64,000 nt of DNA, taken from contig OZ024744.1 in the NCBI GenBank assembly GCA_964016885.1, positions 124,682,001 to 124,746,000 of the forward strand, in the 5' to 3' direction. This document shows positions 23,351 to 34,665 of the stretch, in pieces. This DNA comes from Eledone cirrhosa. Lineage: Eukaryota. The translations under genes and the position numbers were made by a program. A model generated the notes under the pieces. It ran no database searches, was not told where the DNA came from, and saw only the letters and a program-made list of their open reading frames with translations. Position 1 is the first letter of the stretch; each line of letters opens with the position of its first letter.

Positions 23351-25949
23351 TTATTTATGTTTATTTACGTTTAGCGTAATCGATTTGTTTTCGATTTGTT
23401 TCCATATCACCACGCGTTTTATTTCATAGTCATAGTTATCAAGTTAGAAAACAAATGAAGTTCAGGGGGCCGACACTACCGACTTTCTTAAAGAAAAACA
23501 ATTTAACGCGGGTAACTACAAGATAGGCATCAGTAGTAGTAGCTCCCTAAACTGTTTCCATCCCATTCTCACTCAGGCTACTGTACCTTCAGAACACCCA
23601 CCTCCACTGTTAATTTGGTTAATTAAGTTAACAGAAATTATGAACCGGTTTCTACAGAGCCTTCTGGACATTTAACCCTTTAGCATTTAAACCAGCCATA
23701 CCTAGCCAGAATACTCTCACATCTTTCTGTTCAAACCAGCCATAACTGGCCACTCATACTGACGTTAAGGTATTGTTCTCAATATAAATAATATCAAAAT
23801 CTCATAGATTCGATATTATATGAGATAATTATGTAAGATAAAGCCTTTACCACAAAAATACAATAGTATATATAGAGTAATAAAAATGCTAAAGGGTAAA
23901 AGTAGCTTATTATTTTGTGAGCTCTTGCTACTTATTGCTCTTGTGCATCAAGAACATACACAGCTTACATTTTGTTGCTAATCTCACTGAGATCCAACTA
24001 CATCTCTTGTTTATCCATAGTTTGGAATTTCTACCTACTCCTTTCCTTTAGAATGATCAAGGCCATTTTCTTGTGGGGATCTAGGCCCTGTTTTCCTTTC
24101 TATTTTGCCAAGTTATCTTACATCACTTTCATTCTAGACCATGCTTCCAGGTTTGGAATTTCTCCTCTAATTTTACCACAGATTAAGTGACAAGGGTTCA
24201 ATCATGTGCATACAGGAGTTCCCATGGACAGCCAGTAATATGTAATAGCCTGCAGGATGATAATAAACAGAAGAGGGTTAATTACAGAGCCCTGATAGAG
24301 GGTTAATAACAGAGCCCTGATAGACTTGTTCACTCAACTCCTCACTATAGCCATCATTACTTTTAACCTTACTGACTGCTCCTCCATACATGGCTTTTAC
24401 TGCTCTCACAAGCCACTCATATACCCCTAGTTTTCTAAGTTATACACCAGATTAGGGAAGGGGGAAGTCTCACAGAAGCTCTCTCTGGGTCAACAAATGC
24501 CAAGTAGAGGGGCTTATTTTAGCTAGGTACTACTCTTGCAGTTGCCACACAAGGAAGAGGACATCAGTGGTACTTTTACCTGGCACAAATCCAAACTTCA
24601 TCTCATCTAGGTTAACTTGGTCCCTAATCAGCTGTGTTATAAATCTAACACCTTCATGAAGTGGTCCATCTAATATCTCTATAGTTTTCTAGCTCTAGTA
24701 CATCTCCTTTGCCCTTGTAGCAGTTGATGATGATGATACTACACCATTTATTTGGTATGACACCATTTTGTATTACATGCTGTACGATACCAGTGGTTAA
24801 GATGTGACCCACCATCCCAGATACTTTCAGTATCTCAGCAACTATCACCAATGGACAAGATACTTTCTCTGTCTTCATATCCTTAATTACCTTACTTCAT
24901 ATCCTTAATTACCTTACTGCTTACTTGTATGGCTGGACCCTCTGTTGGGCCCACTTTCCGTAGACTATCTTCCTCCCATGCATTCTCCTCATTCAGTAAT
25001 CTTTCATAAAGGCATTTCCATGTTACAAAGGTTGGCTGAAAAGTTCATAGACTATCAATGATAGCATGATGCTAGAGCTGTGAAATCTTGCCTGCATTAA
25101 TTTCAACTCTTCTTATTAATAACTGCATTGTTTCCTTCCAGGGACTATGTTGAAAAATAAACCTCATTTGGTCATTCCATGAGTGTATCTTGGTCTGCCT
25201 ATGAACTTTTCAGCTGACCCTATTCAGCATCAGTGAGCCCAAATGCCCCATTATCATCCTGGACACACTTTACCCCAACATCACAATTTGCCCTCACACA
25301 CTGCCTCACAATCCTGAACATCTCATGTATTTCATCCTCACATCATAAAACCAACTGAAATTATATATTCTCTGCTTCCCTCCTTGCAAAGAATACTTCT
25401 TGCCTAGCTTCCTGTAGTGTACCCTCCAGCTGCCTCCATTCTGCCATTATTCCATGCCTGTCTCTTGGCCTTAACTGTCTCATCTACCCTAGTGTTTCAC
25501 CACCAAGATACTCTCCTCTCTGAAGCCCTGCTCCAGCCACAGATCTAGTTTGACACCTTCAGCAAAGGTTCTTTAAGGAACTCCCACTGTTCCCCTATAT
25601 TGTATGTTTCTATTTGTTCTTCCTTACTGTTGTAAAGATCAAACAAAATATCTCTAAATTTGGAACTGGCTGAGGGGTCCTTTAACTTCCATATCCTTCT
25701 CCTCCAAGTTGCCCTCAGTCTTCAAGTTCATCTAAGTCTATGAAATCACTAACTACTGGGTTATGTTGGGAGGTGCATTCTTCCCCAGGGGGTGGGGATT
25801 GTGTGTTTACAAATGTCAATATCTCATCTTCTGGTGAGGATAAAAATCTGACTGGCATGCTCCTCTGACCAATAGGTGTTGAAGTGGTTGTCGGGTAAAC
25901 GTTAAGACCCTCTGATATACATATATATATATATACTAGCATGGTACCC

Positions 25950-26095
25950 ATGCTTTCCAGCATAGAGTTACGTCTCTTTATGGTCTGAGTTCAAATCACG
26001 CCGAGGTTAACTTTGCCTTTCATCCTTACGGGGTCGATAAAATAAAGCACCAGTAATGTACTGGGGTCGATTTAATCGACTTTCCCCTCCTCTGC
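25950..26095 (+). mobile_element. tRNA-type SINE (copy at ~58678-58823)
   Basis: B-box-like GAGTTCAAAT then GCCTTTCATCCTTACGGGGTCGATAAAATAAAGCACCAG. Resembles the abundant Octopus SINE core from memory; degenerate relatives at ~37390-37460 and ~40810-40900. Confidence 0.75.
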
Positions 26096-26132
26096 CAAAT
26101 GACACACACATGCATGGTTCGGGGGAACCTAC

Positions 26133-26168
<36 letters not shown>

Positions 26169-27047
26169 GTAGGTCACTGGTTGAGTCGGTATTAACCACA
26201 GTAACTAAGGTACTCAATACATATTAGATATAGGTGTCTTTCTAATTGCTGGCCTTGTTCATAAGGTATACACAAGTATGATGTGTGTCTGTTTAACTGT
26301 ACGTGTGAAAACATCGCGAAATTGCGCCTTTTAATATTTGAATATAAACAGTTAAAAAATAATTATTTTAGTAATTTTTAAATATCGATAATGTGTATAT
26401 AAATATTAGAAATCAATTTAATTAGTTCAGTAACATTACTCGGAGTTAAGATAAACCTTCATTTGAAGAAATTCGAGATTTGACCAAATAAATAGATTAT
26501 GTGATCAATAAAAAAAATATGTATACGCGCTTGAACGACGGGTTGCAGACAGTCAGGCATACAGACACATATTTTAAAGCGTGCGACGTTAAAAGTCTTA
26601 CTCTCTCTCTTTTTAGATAGATAGACTTAATTAAAGCAGTTTCACTCTCTCTATATTTCATCAGCTCCCTCTCTCTTAAATTGAAAGATTCATTAAGGCT
26701 GAAATAATCTAAACAGTAACATCATGTTTCGCCAGCTCTAGCTTGCGTCCAGAGATATACACACACATATATATATATTTTTTTTGTTATCGAGTTGAGC
26801 TTTGCCAAGCATAGAATTCCAAATTTGACCATCTCCACTGAAAATGTTCGTGAAATAGTCTTTAAGAAGCAATTTAATTTTTTCCAACTGAAACTGTAAG
26901 TATTTTAAAATTTATTTCAACATGGTCTTAAAAGATTGTTGGCTTTTTTTAAATTCATAACTATTTACTATGAAATATAAATTATTAAATCCAATTTATT
27001 TGATAACCATGATTTGATTTTATAATTACCTGAATCACGTTAACATG

Positions 27048-27090
<43 letters not shown>

Positions 27091-27348
27091 GTGTGTGTAT
27101 ATATATATATATATAATAATTGTTTCTACGTTACGCAGTGTATTACTGGTACTGTATTTTACGATATTAAATATTAAATATTAACTATTAGATATTAAAT
27201 ATTAAATATTAGATATTAGATATTAAATATTAAATATTAAATATGATATCCCTGAAATATATATAATGAAATAAATATGGTTTTATAAATGTAATTTCCA
27301 TTTGTTTAATATCAAATATATATATATATATATATGTATTTATGTATA

Positions 27349-27416
<68 letters not shown>

Positions 27417-27643
27417 GCAGACACAGACACAGAATATCGTATATATCACACACACACAATTAAGACTTGACGTGTTGCAGACAGCCAGACATACAGAGAG
27501 ATATTTTAAAGCGTGCGACCTTAAATGCCTTACTCTTTCTCTTATCAAAAGAGAAAGAGTAATGCTAACACTTACGTCTACTTCACGCTCTCTTGAACCG
27601 TTACAGAAATTGCATCACATCTAATTATAACTTTGTACGTTTG

Positions 27644-28046
<403 letters not shown>

Positions 28047-28319
28047 ATAATAATAATAATGAAATGATTGTGTACAGTGCTCAGGTGCACTACAACTCAT
28101 CAAAGGTGCATGTATAGTACATAGAATAATGTACAAATGTCAGGAAAATAAACAGTGTATGAGTCATGATATAATAACAATAACAATAATGAAATATTGT
28201 GCACTGCCCAGGTGCACCACAACCCATCAAAAAAGTGCATGTACAGTACATAGGGCAATGCACAAACATCAGTAAAATGAACAGTGCACACATGTGTGCA
28301 TGTGTATGGAAGGGGCACA

Positions 28320-31085
28320 TCAGGTGTAGTTTTGGCGTATTTCGGGAAGCATGAGTGTCTTAAAGGATGCAGTGTCTCGGCAGCTAACAATTGACGCAGG
28401 CAGTTTGTTCCATGTTTCAGCAACTCTGAGCGTGAAAAAATGTCTGCGAAAGTCATGGGAGCTGTGCTGTTTTCTTATCTTGTAGGCATGTCCACGTGTG
28501 TTAGACACATGGAGATCAAAGAGGCGCTCAGGGTTGCAGTTGGCGAGATGGTTAAAAACTTTGTGGGTATTCACCAAGTCCACTGCCAGATGTCGGAGCT
28601 TCAATGAATCCATGCCCAGGGAAGCAAGGCGTTCAGAGTATGGTAGGTGTCTGATGGAGGGTATGCGCTTGGTTGCACGTCTCTGAACAGCTTCCAGGAG
28701 GTCAATGTTCCGAGCAAGATAGGGGTTCCAGACTGATGATGCGAATTCCAAGTGTGGTCGCACCATAGCTGTATACAGTTTTAAATAGATGGCTGGAGAG
28801 CGGCTAACAAAGGTCTTGCTGAGTGATGCCAAGACACCCTCGGCCTTCTTGACAATCTTAGAGACATGCTTTGTCCAACGCAAATCGTTGCCGACAGTAA
28901 TGCCCAGGTCACGTTCACAAGAGGACTTTTTGATGTCAGTGTTGTGGAGGGAGTATGTGGACGCTGGATTTTTCCTTCCAAAATGCATGGTGGTACACTT
29001 GTCCACAGCCAGCTTCAGTTGCCAGTCTGTGATCCATTGCTGCATTGTGTCCAGGTCTGATTTTAGGAAAGAGTTGTAAATTTCAGGATCAGTCCTTTTG
29101 ATTTCAAGGTACAGCTTGATGTCATCTGCATATTTTAGTACCGTGGCATTCTGTAAGTTGGCATCTATGTCATTAATATATGCCACAAACAAAAGAGGAC
29201 CAAGAACAGATCCCTGTGGTACACCAGATGACATCTCATATGGTGAAGAATGCTGTCCTAGAACCGTGACTACTTTCCTTCGGCTGAGAATGAAGGATTT
29301 CAGCCAGTCGAAAAGATCATCCCTCACACCCATTGCAGAGAGTTTTGCCATAAGTCTTTTGTGTGGCACAGAATTAAAAGCCTTAGCAAAGTCAAGGTAA
29401 ACAACATCCACCCATGAGCCGCTGTCAGTGATCCGGGTGATGTCCTCAAGGAACTCGATAAGCTGATCACAGCAGCTGGAGTTAGGGATAAATCCAAACT
29501 GTGAGGGCCGGATGAGGCTGTGAGAGCTCCAGAAGTTCCAAAGTGTTTCTCTGACACAGGATTCCATCAGTTTGGCCATACAGCTAGTAAGACTGACTGG
29601 ACGATAGTTGACAGGTGACATGCGGTTGCCCTTTTTGAACAGGGGAATGACACTGGCAGTTTTCCACTGCTCCGGAGTAGCACCATTGCTGAGACAGTAT
29701 TGAAAGAAAAAAGAAAGCTGGCGCAAAAGGAAATCCCCGCCACGTTTGAGAAGCAGGTATGTCACACCATCAAGACCAGGGGAGGCATAGTTGCGCTTAT
29801 TCTTAAGGTGACGTCGCAACATTGCAGGTGTAAATTCCATAGTTGTTATGGAATTTGATGTTAGAGATGGTGGAGATGGTACATTCTGGTTTTCAACAGT
29901 AAAAATACTTGCATAGCACTCAGCAATGAGTTCTGCGCATTCCTTGGGATCGTCAGTGATCTGGCTTGTGTGGGGATTGCGAAGAGGACCAACTGGAGAG
30001 TGAGGTCTCTGCTTTGAATGAACATATTTCCAGAACACCTTACTGTCAGGATTGGTTGCGATGCACTGTTCAAATTCAAGCACTGCCTTCTTTGTCACTT
30101 GCTTGAGATGGTTAGAAGATTTATTCCGCTTTTTTCTGTTGGCATCTGATCTATGCAGTTTATATTCCCGTTCAGCGTTCCGACGTTCTTTCCTGGCAAG
30201 TCGGACTGCTGAAGTTTCCCAGATTGCACTTTTGGGGTGGTTATTTTTCCGCTTCCGTGGCACTGATGCTGCACACGCTATCCATATTGAGTCCAGGATG
30301 CTCTGGAGTATAGAGTTCACATCTCCAGAGTTATACATCTCATGCCAGTTTGGGCGCTGTAGCTCAGTGCAGTACAAGTTCCAATCCGCCCTCTTCCAAT
30401 CAAAGCAAGCAGATTGGAGATGGCTCTGGTTTTTGTTGCTGCCCTCAAGTGCCAGATTGGCAATGATCATAGCATGATCAGAGTCGCCTAGAGGTTCCTC
30501 AGTAGTACAACTGATAACCACTTCAGGAGTAGTGGTGAAGATCAGGTCCAAAGTGTTGTCACCTCTTGTTGGAGAGGTGACTACTTGTGACCAGTTTGAG
30601 TCCAGCACTAGTTCAAGGAAATCGTTTGCACCCTGTGGCCAACGAAAGGTTTCCCAATCGATCTCAGGATGATTGAAGTCACCTGCAATAAACACATAAG
30701 TGGCTGTTTTCTTGGCAGCAACTCTGAGGATATCGCAAAGCTGTGTGTCCTGATGGTAGTTTGGGGGGCGATAAACAACACCAAGCAGAAGTGTTGACAT
30801 GGTCATACGTATGTCACAGAAAAAAACTTCTTCCTGTGATTCGTTCAAATCAACGCAAGGAATTACCGAAAAGTTTGAACGAACGTAGACCATCACACCA
30901 CCACCACGGCGGTTAATGCGGTCCTTGCGGAAAAGGTTGTACCCAGTAATGGTGAAAACCCCATCACAGAGTAAGGAATGTGCCCATGTTTCCGTGACTG
31001 TGATGAAGTCAGGGTCGATGCTTCTGACGTAGGATTCGAACAGATGTATCTTGTTGCATAAACTGCGAGCATTTAAGGACAACAA
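28320..31085 (-). CDS. CR1-clade ORF2: apurinic-like endonuclease plus reverse transcriptase, 921 aa (frame open upstream to 31193)
   Basis: EN motifs NARS, TETW, VYRPP, GDFN, LDL, SDH. RT motifs NYRPVSLTS, QFGF, YLDFAKAF, GVPQGSVLGP, YADD. CR1-type C-terminus RPHLEFASSVWNP..VQRRATK..TRGH..WNKLP. Confidence 0.95.
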   Translation of the reverse strand: MLSLNARSLCNKIHLFESYVRSIDPDFITVTETWAHSLLCDGVFTITGYNLFRKDRINRRGGGVMVYVRSNFSVIPCVDLNESQEEVFFCDIRMTMSTLLLGVVYRPPNYHQDTQLCDILRVAAKKTATYVFIAGDFNHPEIDWETFRWPQGANDFLELVLDSNWSQVVTSPTRGDNTLDLIFTTTPEVVISCTTEEPLGDSDHAMIIANLALEGSNKNQSHLQSACFDWKRADWNLYCTELQRPNWHEMYNSGDVNSILQSILDSIWIACAASVPRKRKNNHPKSAIWETSAVRLARKERRNAEREYKLHRSDANRKKRNKSSNHLKQVTKKAVLEFEQCIATNPDSKVFWKYVHSKQRPHSPVGPLRNPHTSQITDDPKECAELIAECYASIFTVENQNVPSPPSLTSNSITTMEFTPAMLRRHLKNKRNYASPGLDGVTYLLLKRGGDFLLRQLSFFFQYCLSNGATPEQWKTASVIPLFKKGNRMSPVNYRPVSLTSCMAKLMESCVRETLWNFWSSHSLIRPSQFGFIPNSSCCDQLIEFLEDITRITDSGSWVDVVYLDFAKAFNSVPHKRLMAKLSAMGVRDDLFDWLKSFILSRRKVVTVLGQHSSPYEMSSGVPQGSVLGPLLFVAYINDIDANLQNATVLKYADDIKLYLEIKRTDPEIYNSFLKSDLDTMQQWITDWQLKLAVDKCTTMHFGRKNPASTYSLHNTDIKKSSCERDLGITVGNDLRWTKHVSKIVKKAEGVLASLSKTFVSRSPAIYLKLYTAMVRPHLEFASSVWNPYLARNIDLLEAVQRRATKRIPSIRHLPYSERLASLGMDSLKLRHLAVDLVNTHKVFNHLANCNPERLFDLHVSNTRGHAYKIRKQHSSHDFRRHFFTLRVAETWNKLPASIVSCRDTASFKTLMLPEIRQNYT

Positions 31086-31141
31086 TTTGTACCCTGCTCG
31101 CAGTCTATGATGGTGTGTAGAGGGTGGCAGGTTGTTCTGGT

Positions 31142-31296
31142 TTAGTTTCCCAGAGTTGTAGCAGTTTTTACATTGCCAGTTATTGTGGGTAGATCACACT
31201 CAGACCAGCTGGTATCTCTCTTCCACGTTTCACCCGCCTTGACAAACCTCCAGATCTGCCCATCATCACGCAGACTGAAACTTTCATCTTGTGCTG
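31142..31296 (-). pseudogene. C-terminal remnant of CR1 ORF1 (AQDESFSLRDDGQIWRF...TLGN*)
   Basis: Open frame immediately upstream of and overlapping ORF2, ending in GGA AAC TAA; cut by the 5' truncation. Confidence 0.6.
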
Positions 31297-31359
31297 TATA
31301 TATATATATATACACACGTGTGTGTGTATTTATGTATATATATATATATACACACACAC

Positions 31360-31401
<42 letters not shown>

Positions 31402-31516
31402 GTGTGTGTGTGTATATATATTTATATATATATACACACACGTGTGTGTATATATATATATATATATACACGTGTGTGTGTATTTATATATATATATATA
31501 TACACACACACGTGTG

Positions 31517-31547
<31 letters not shown>

Positions 31548-31567
31548 GTGTGTGTATATATATATAT

Positions 31568-31935
31568 CTGTCTCTCTCCCTGTCTCTCACTCTCCCTCTA
31601 TCCCCCCTCTCTCTCTCTGTCTCTCTCTCCCCCCCCTCTCTCTCTCTAGTAGTAGAGAGAGACAAAGAGAGAGAGATATAAACGTATAACCCTAACCAAA
31701 CCCTAACCCAACCCTAACCCCAACCCTAACCCTAACCTAACCCTAACCCATCTCTCTCTCTCTCTCACCCCCTCTCTCTCTCTCTAGTAGTAGAGAGAGA
31801 GACAAAGAGAGAGAGAGATATAAACGTATAACCCTAACCCAACCCTAACCTCTCTCTCTCTTCTCTCTCTCTCTCTCCCCTCTCTCTCTCTATTCCCCCC
31901 TCTCTATTTCCCCCCCCCCCTCTCTCTCTAGTAGT

Positions 31936-31966
<31 letters not shown>

Positions 31967-32050
31967 TATAAACGTATAACCCTAACCCAACCCTAACCCT
32001 AACCCAACCCCAACCCTAACCCATCTCTCTCTCTCTCTCTCTCTCTCTCT
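31568..32050. repeat. Composite minisatellite: (CT)n-CTAGTAGTAG-(AG)n-ATATAAACGTATAA-(CCCTAA)n
   Basis: 3 units here and 5 units in the paralog at 60690-61392. Confidence 0.88.
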
Positions 32051-32174
32051 TTGTTTTTAACATTGTTTTGTTTTTCTTTTCTTTTCTTATTCAGATGACA
32101 AACGGCAGAGGATACAACAGAAGAAAAGAACAAAGATAATTATTATTATTATTACTATTATTATTTGTTTTATT

Positions 32175-32770
32175 ATAATCAAAATATGCTGTTAGTTAGA
32201 TCTGCATTGCGTACATTTTATATAATTTATGCCAGTTCCTTTTCTGCATATCGAACATGGCCATTTCCCTGACGGAATAGAGTTTTGTCCTCTTTCGTGA
32301 CACAAAGTACAGCCAGCGGCATCATTGCGGACAGACTTAATCCCGAATTGCACTGACACACTGCCTCGCAATACGGAACACCGCACGTCTTTGATCTTCT
32401 TCCCGTCGATCAGCCTCCTTGCCATGCTAAGTACACCTGACGTCTAGCTTCTCTCTTAGCGGCGGCTTTATATTCTTCTCTACTCCCACTAATTTTCCAA
32501 GCATTCCATGCTAGCCTTTAGTCTCCAATGGCCCGATCTACCGTGCTGTCCCACCACCATGTCACTCTCTGTCTGGTTGGAACTCTGATCCAGCCACAAG
32601 TTTAATCAGTAGCCTGCAATAAGTTGTCACATAAGAAAATCGAGTTCTCATGTATGTCATACGACTGTGAATCGTCTTCTTTTTCGTCATACACATATTG
32701 AAGGGCTTTCCTAAATTTCTATTTTAGTGAAATCTCTTTTAGCTTCCAGACCTTTCTTTTTTCCACATCT
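32175..32770 (-). mobile_element. Rearranged RTE LINE fragments
   Basis: SGKWPCSICRKGTGINYIKCTQC, and 32440-32710 matches the reverse complement of ~19390-19660. Partly duplicated at 34100-34478. Confidence 0.72.
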
Positions 32771-32994
32771 TCCTGTATGTCTCAATCATACCTGGAGCTG
32801 TCCAACATGACCATTGAAATCCCCTGCTAGCATAACGATGTCTCCGTCCTGTCATTGTGGCTGTTTGTAAAAATTGCTTGTAAATGAAGTCTTTCTTTTC
32901 TTTACCTAGCAGAAGCAATTAACACTAACCCAACTGTAACACTAACCCTAACACTAACTTATGCAGGCCTAGGTAAAGACAAGAAAGATAAAAC

Positions 32995-33235
32995 AAGGAG
33001 TGATGCTTCTTGAATTTTGTGATGCAAGTGTTTTAACCATTTGCAAAACCAACTTCCACAAACCTGCCTCACTGCCGCCTAATAACCTACAAATCAGGCA
33101 AGCACAGAAGCCGGATTTCTCGGTAGTTAGGCAGCGAGACAGACAGATGGGGTGTGAAGTACCAGGGTGTGCCCCGGGGAGGAATGTTTCCCACAGCGTG
33201 GGTTGGTTGTTGGTGATGTCTCGGTTATCTTGAGA
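32995..33235 (+). mobile_element. RTE endonuclease fragment
   Basis: LLEFCDASVLTICKTNFHK resembles the RTE endonuclease LLxF..L.I.NT.F.K motif. Confidence 0.55.
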
Positions 33236-33608
33236 CGGAGTGAGACGTGCAGGAATACTCTCACGGAATCGCCAAATGAGGTTTATTTTTCAACATAGTC
33301 CCTGGAATGAAACAATGTGGTTATTAAGAAGAATTGAAATTAATGTAAGATTTCACAGATCTATGATCAATCCTTCACAGTCAGCTTACAAAGTTTTCAG
33401 CCAAACCTTGTGTATTTCCAACATTTCAAACCCTATCTAGGACTACATTATCTAATGTACAGTACAGTAGTTAGTATTAGTGGCTATCAGACATAGTGTA
33501 TCTAAATGCAACATTTTTAACATTGTTTTTTTTTTCTTTTCTTTTCTTTTCTTTTCTTATTCAGATGACAGACGGCAGAGGATACAATAGAAGAAAAGAA
33601 CAATGATA

Positions 33609-34029
33609 ATTATTATTATTATTATTGTTGTTATTCCTTGAATCTCAGTCATTGATGTTGGTTAACTGGAAAGTCCGTTGGAATGAATATCAAGCCACTA
33701 CCTGCAGCCTCAGATATTCAGGACGTATCGGAGGGTTCTTGCTGTTCCAAGCAAGCATGCCTTTTGAAGCGTTCCAAAAAGCGTGAAGGGGCCGATTTTC
33801 TTTAACCATCCCTGGAAACTTTTGGAGATGGACAAAAAACTGGAACACAATAGACCTGACCTGGTGGTTGTGGACAAAGAAAAAAGATCGTGTCTGATTG
33901 TGGATGTGGCCTGCCCGTTCAACACGAGAGTGCAAGAGAAGGAGAGGGAGAAAATTAACCGATACCAGGACCTAAAGTGGGAGGTGAAAAGGATTTGGAA
34001 CTTCCATGAAGTCAAAGTGATCCCGATTG
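33609..34029. mobile_element. Short internally inverted R4/Dong-like non-LTR insertion (restriction-like endonuclease C-terminus) in (TTA)n
   Basis: Plus strand: HNRPDLVVVDK..IVDVACP..EREKINRYQDL..VIPI. Minus strand: LQKACLLGTARTLRYVLNI*, short UTR and (TAA)n tail. Confidence 0.85.
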
Positions 34030-34073
<44 letters not shown>

Positions 34074-34479
34074 TATTATTTGTTTTATTATAATCAAAAT
34101 ATGCTGTTAGTTAGATCTGCATTGTGTACATTTTATATAATTTATGCCAGTTCCTTTTCTACATATCGAACATGGCCATTTCCCTGACGGAATAGAGTTT
34201 TGTCCTCTTTTCTACTCATCAACACTCATTCGTGACACAAAGTACAGCCAGCGGCATCATTGCGGACAGACTTAATCCTGATTTGCACTGACACACTGCC
34301 TCGCAATACGGAACACCGCACGTCTTTGATCTTCTTCCCGTCGATCAGCCTCCTTGCCATGCAAAGTACACCTGACGTCTAGCTTCTCTCTTAGCGGCGG
34401 CGGCTGTATATTCTTCTCTACTCCCACTAATTTTCCAAGCATTCCATGCTAGTCTTTAGTCTCCAATGGCCCGATCTAC

Positions 34480-34625
34480 AGTTTCTGTCTCAACTCGTCT
34501 ATGCTTGGTCGTTCCCGCACATTGACATTGCACATCCAACGGAGCATGCTTGCTTCATTTCTCTCCAGCCGTCGCATGTCCTCTGCAGTTGCTGCCCGTG
34601 TCTCACTACCATGCAGCATCGCGCA
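34480..34625 (-). mobile_element. RTE LINE C-terminal fragment
   Basis: MLHGSET..RLERNEASMLRWMCNV..ELRQKL. Confidence 0.8.
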
Positions 34626-34665
34626 TCTAAACCTGGCCCTTACCCTAACCCCAACCTCTTTGGTT

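Larger units (their letters stand above)
28047..31296 (-). mobile_element. 5'-truncated CR1-clade LINE: ORF1 remnant, intact ORF2, 3' UTR and (ATT)n tail
   Basis: Intact EN+RT ORF, tail at ~28047-28060, both ends in microsatellite, and absent from the paralog. Confidence 0.93.

Noticed and set aside
28498-30477. Short ORFs overlapping or antisense to the CR1 ORF2
   Set aside because: Shadow frames of the real RT ORF with no independent motifs.
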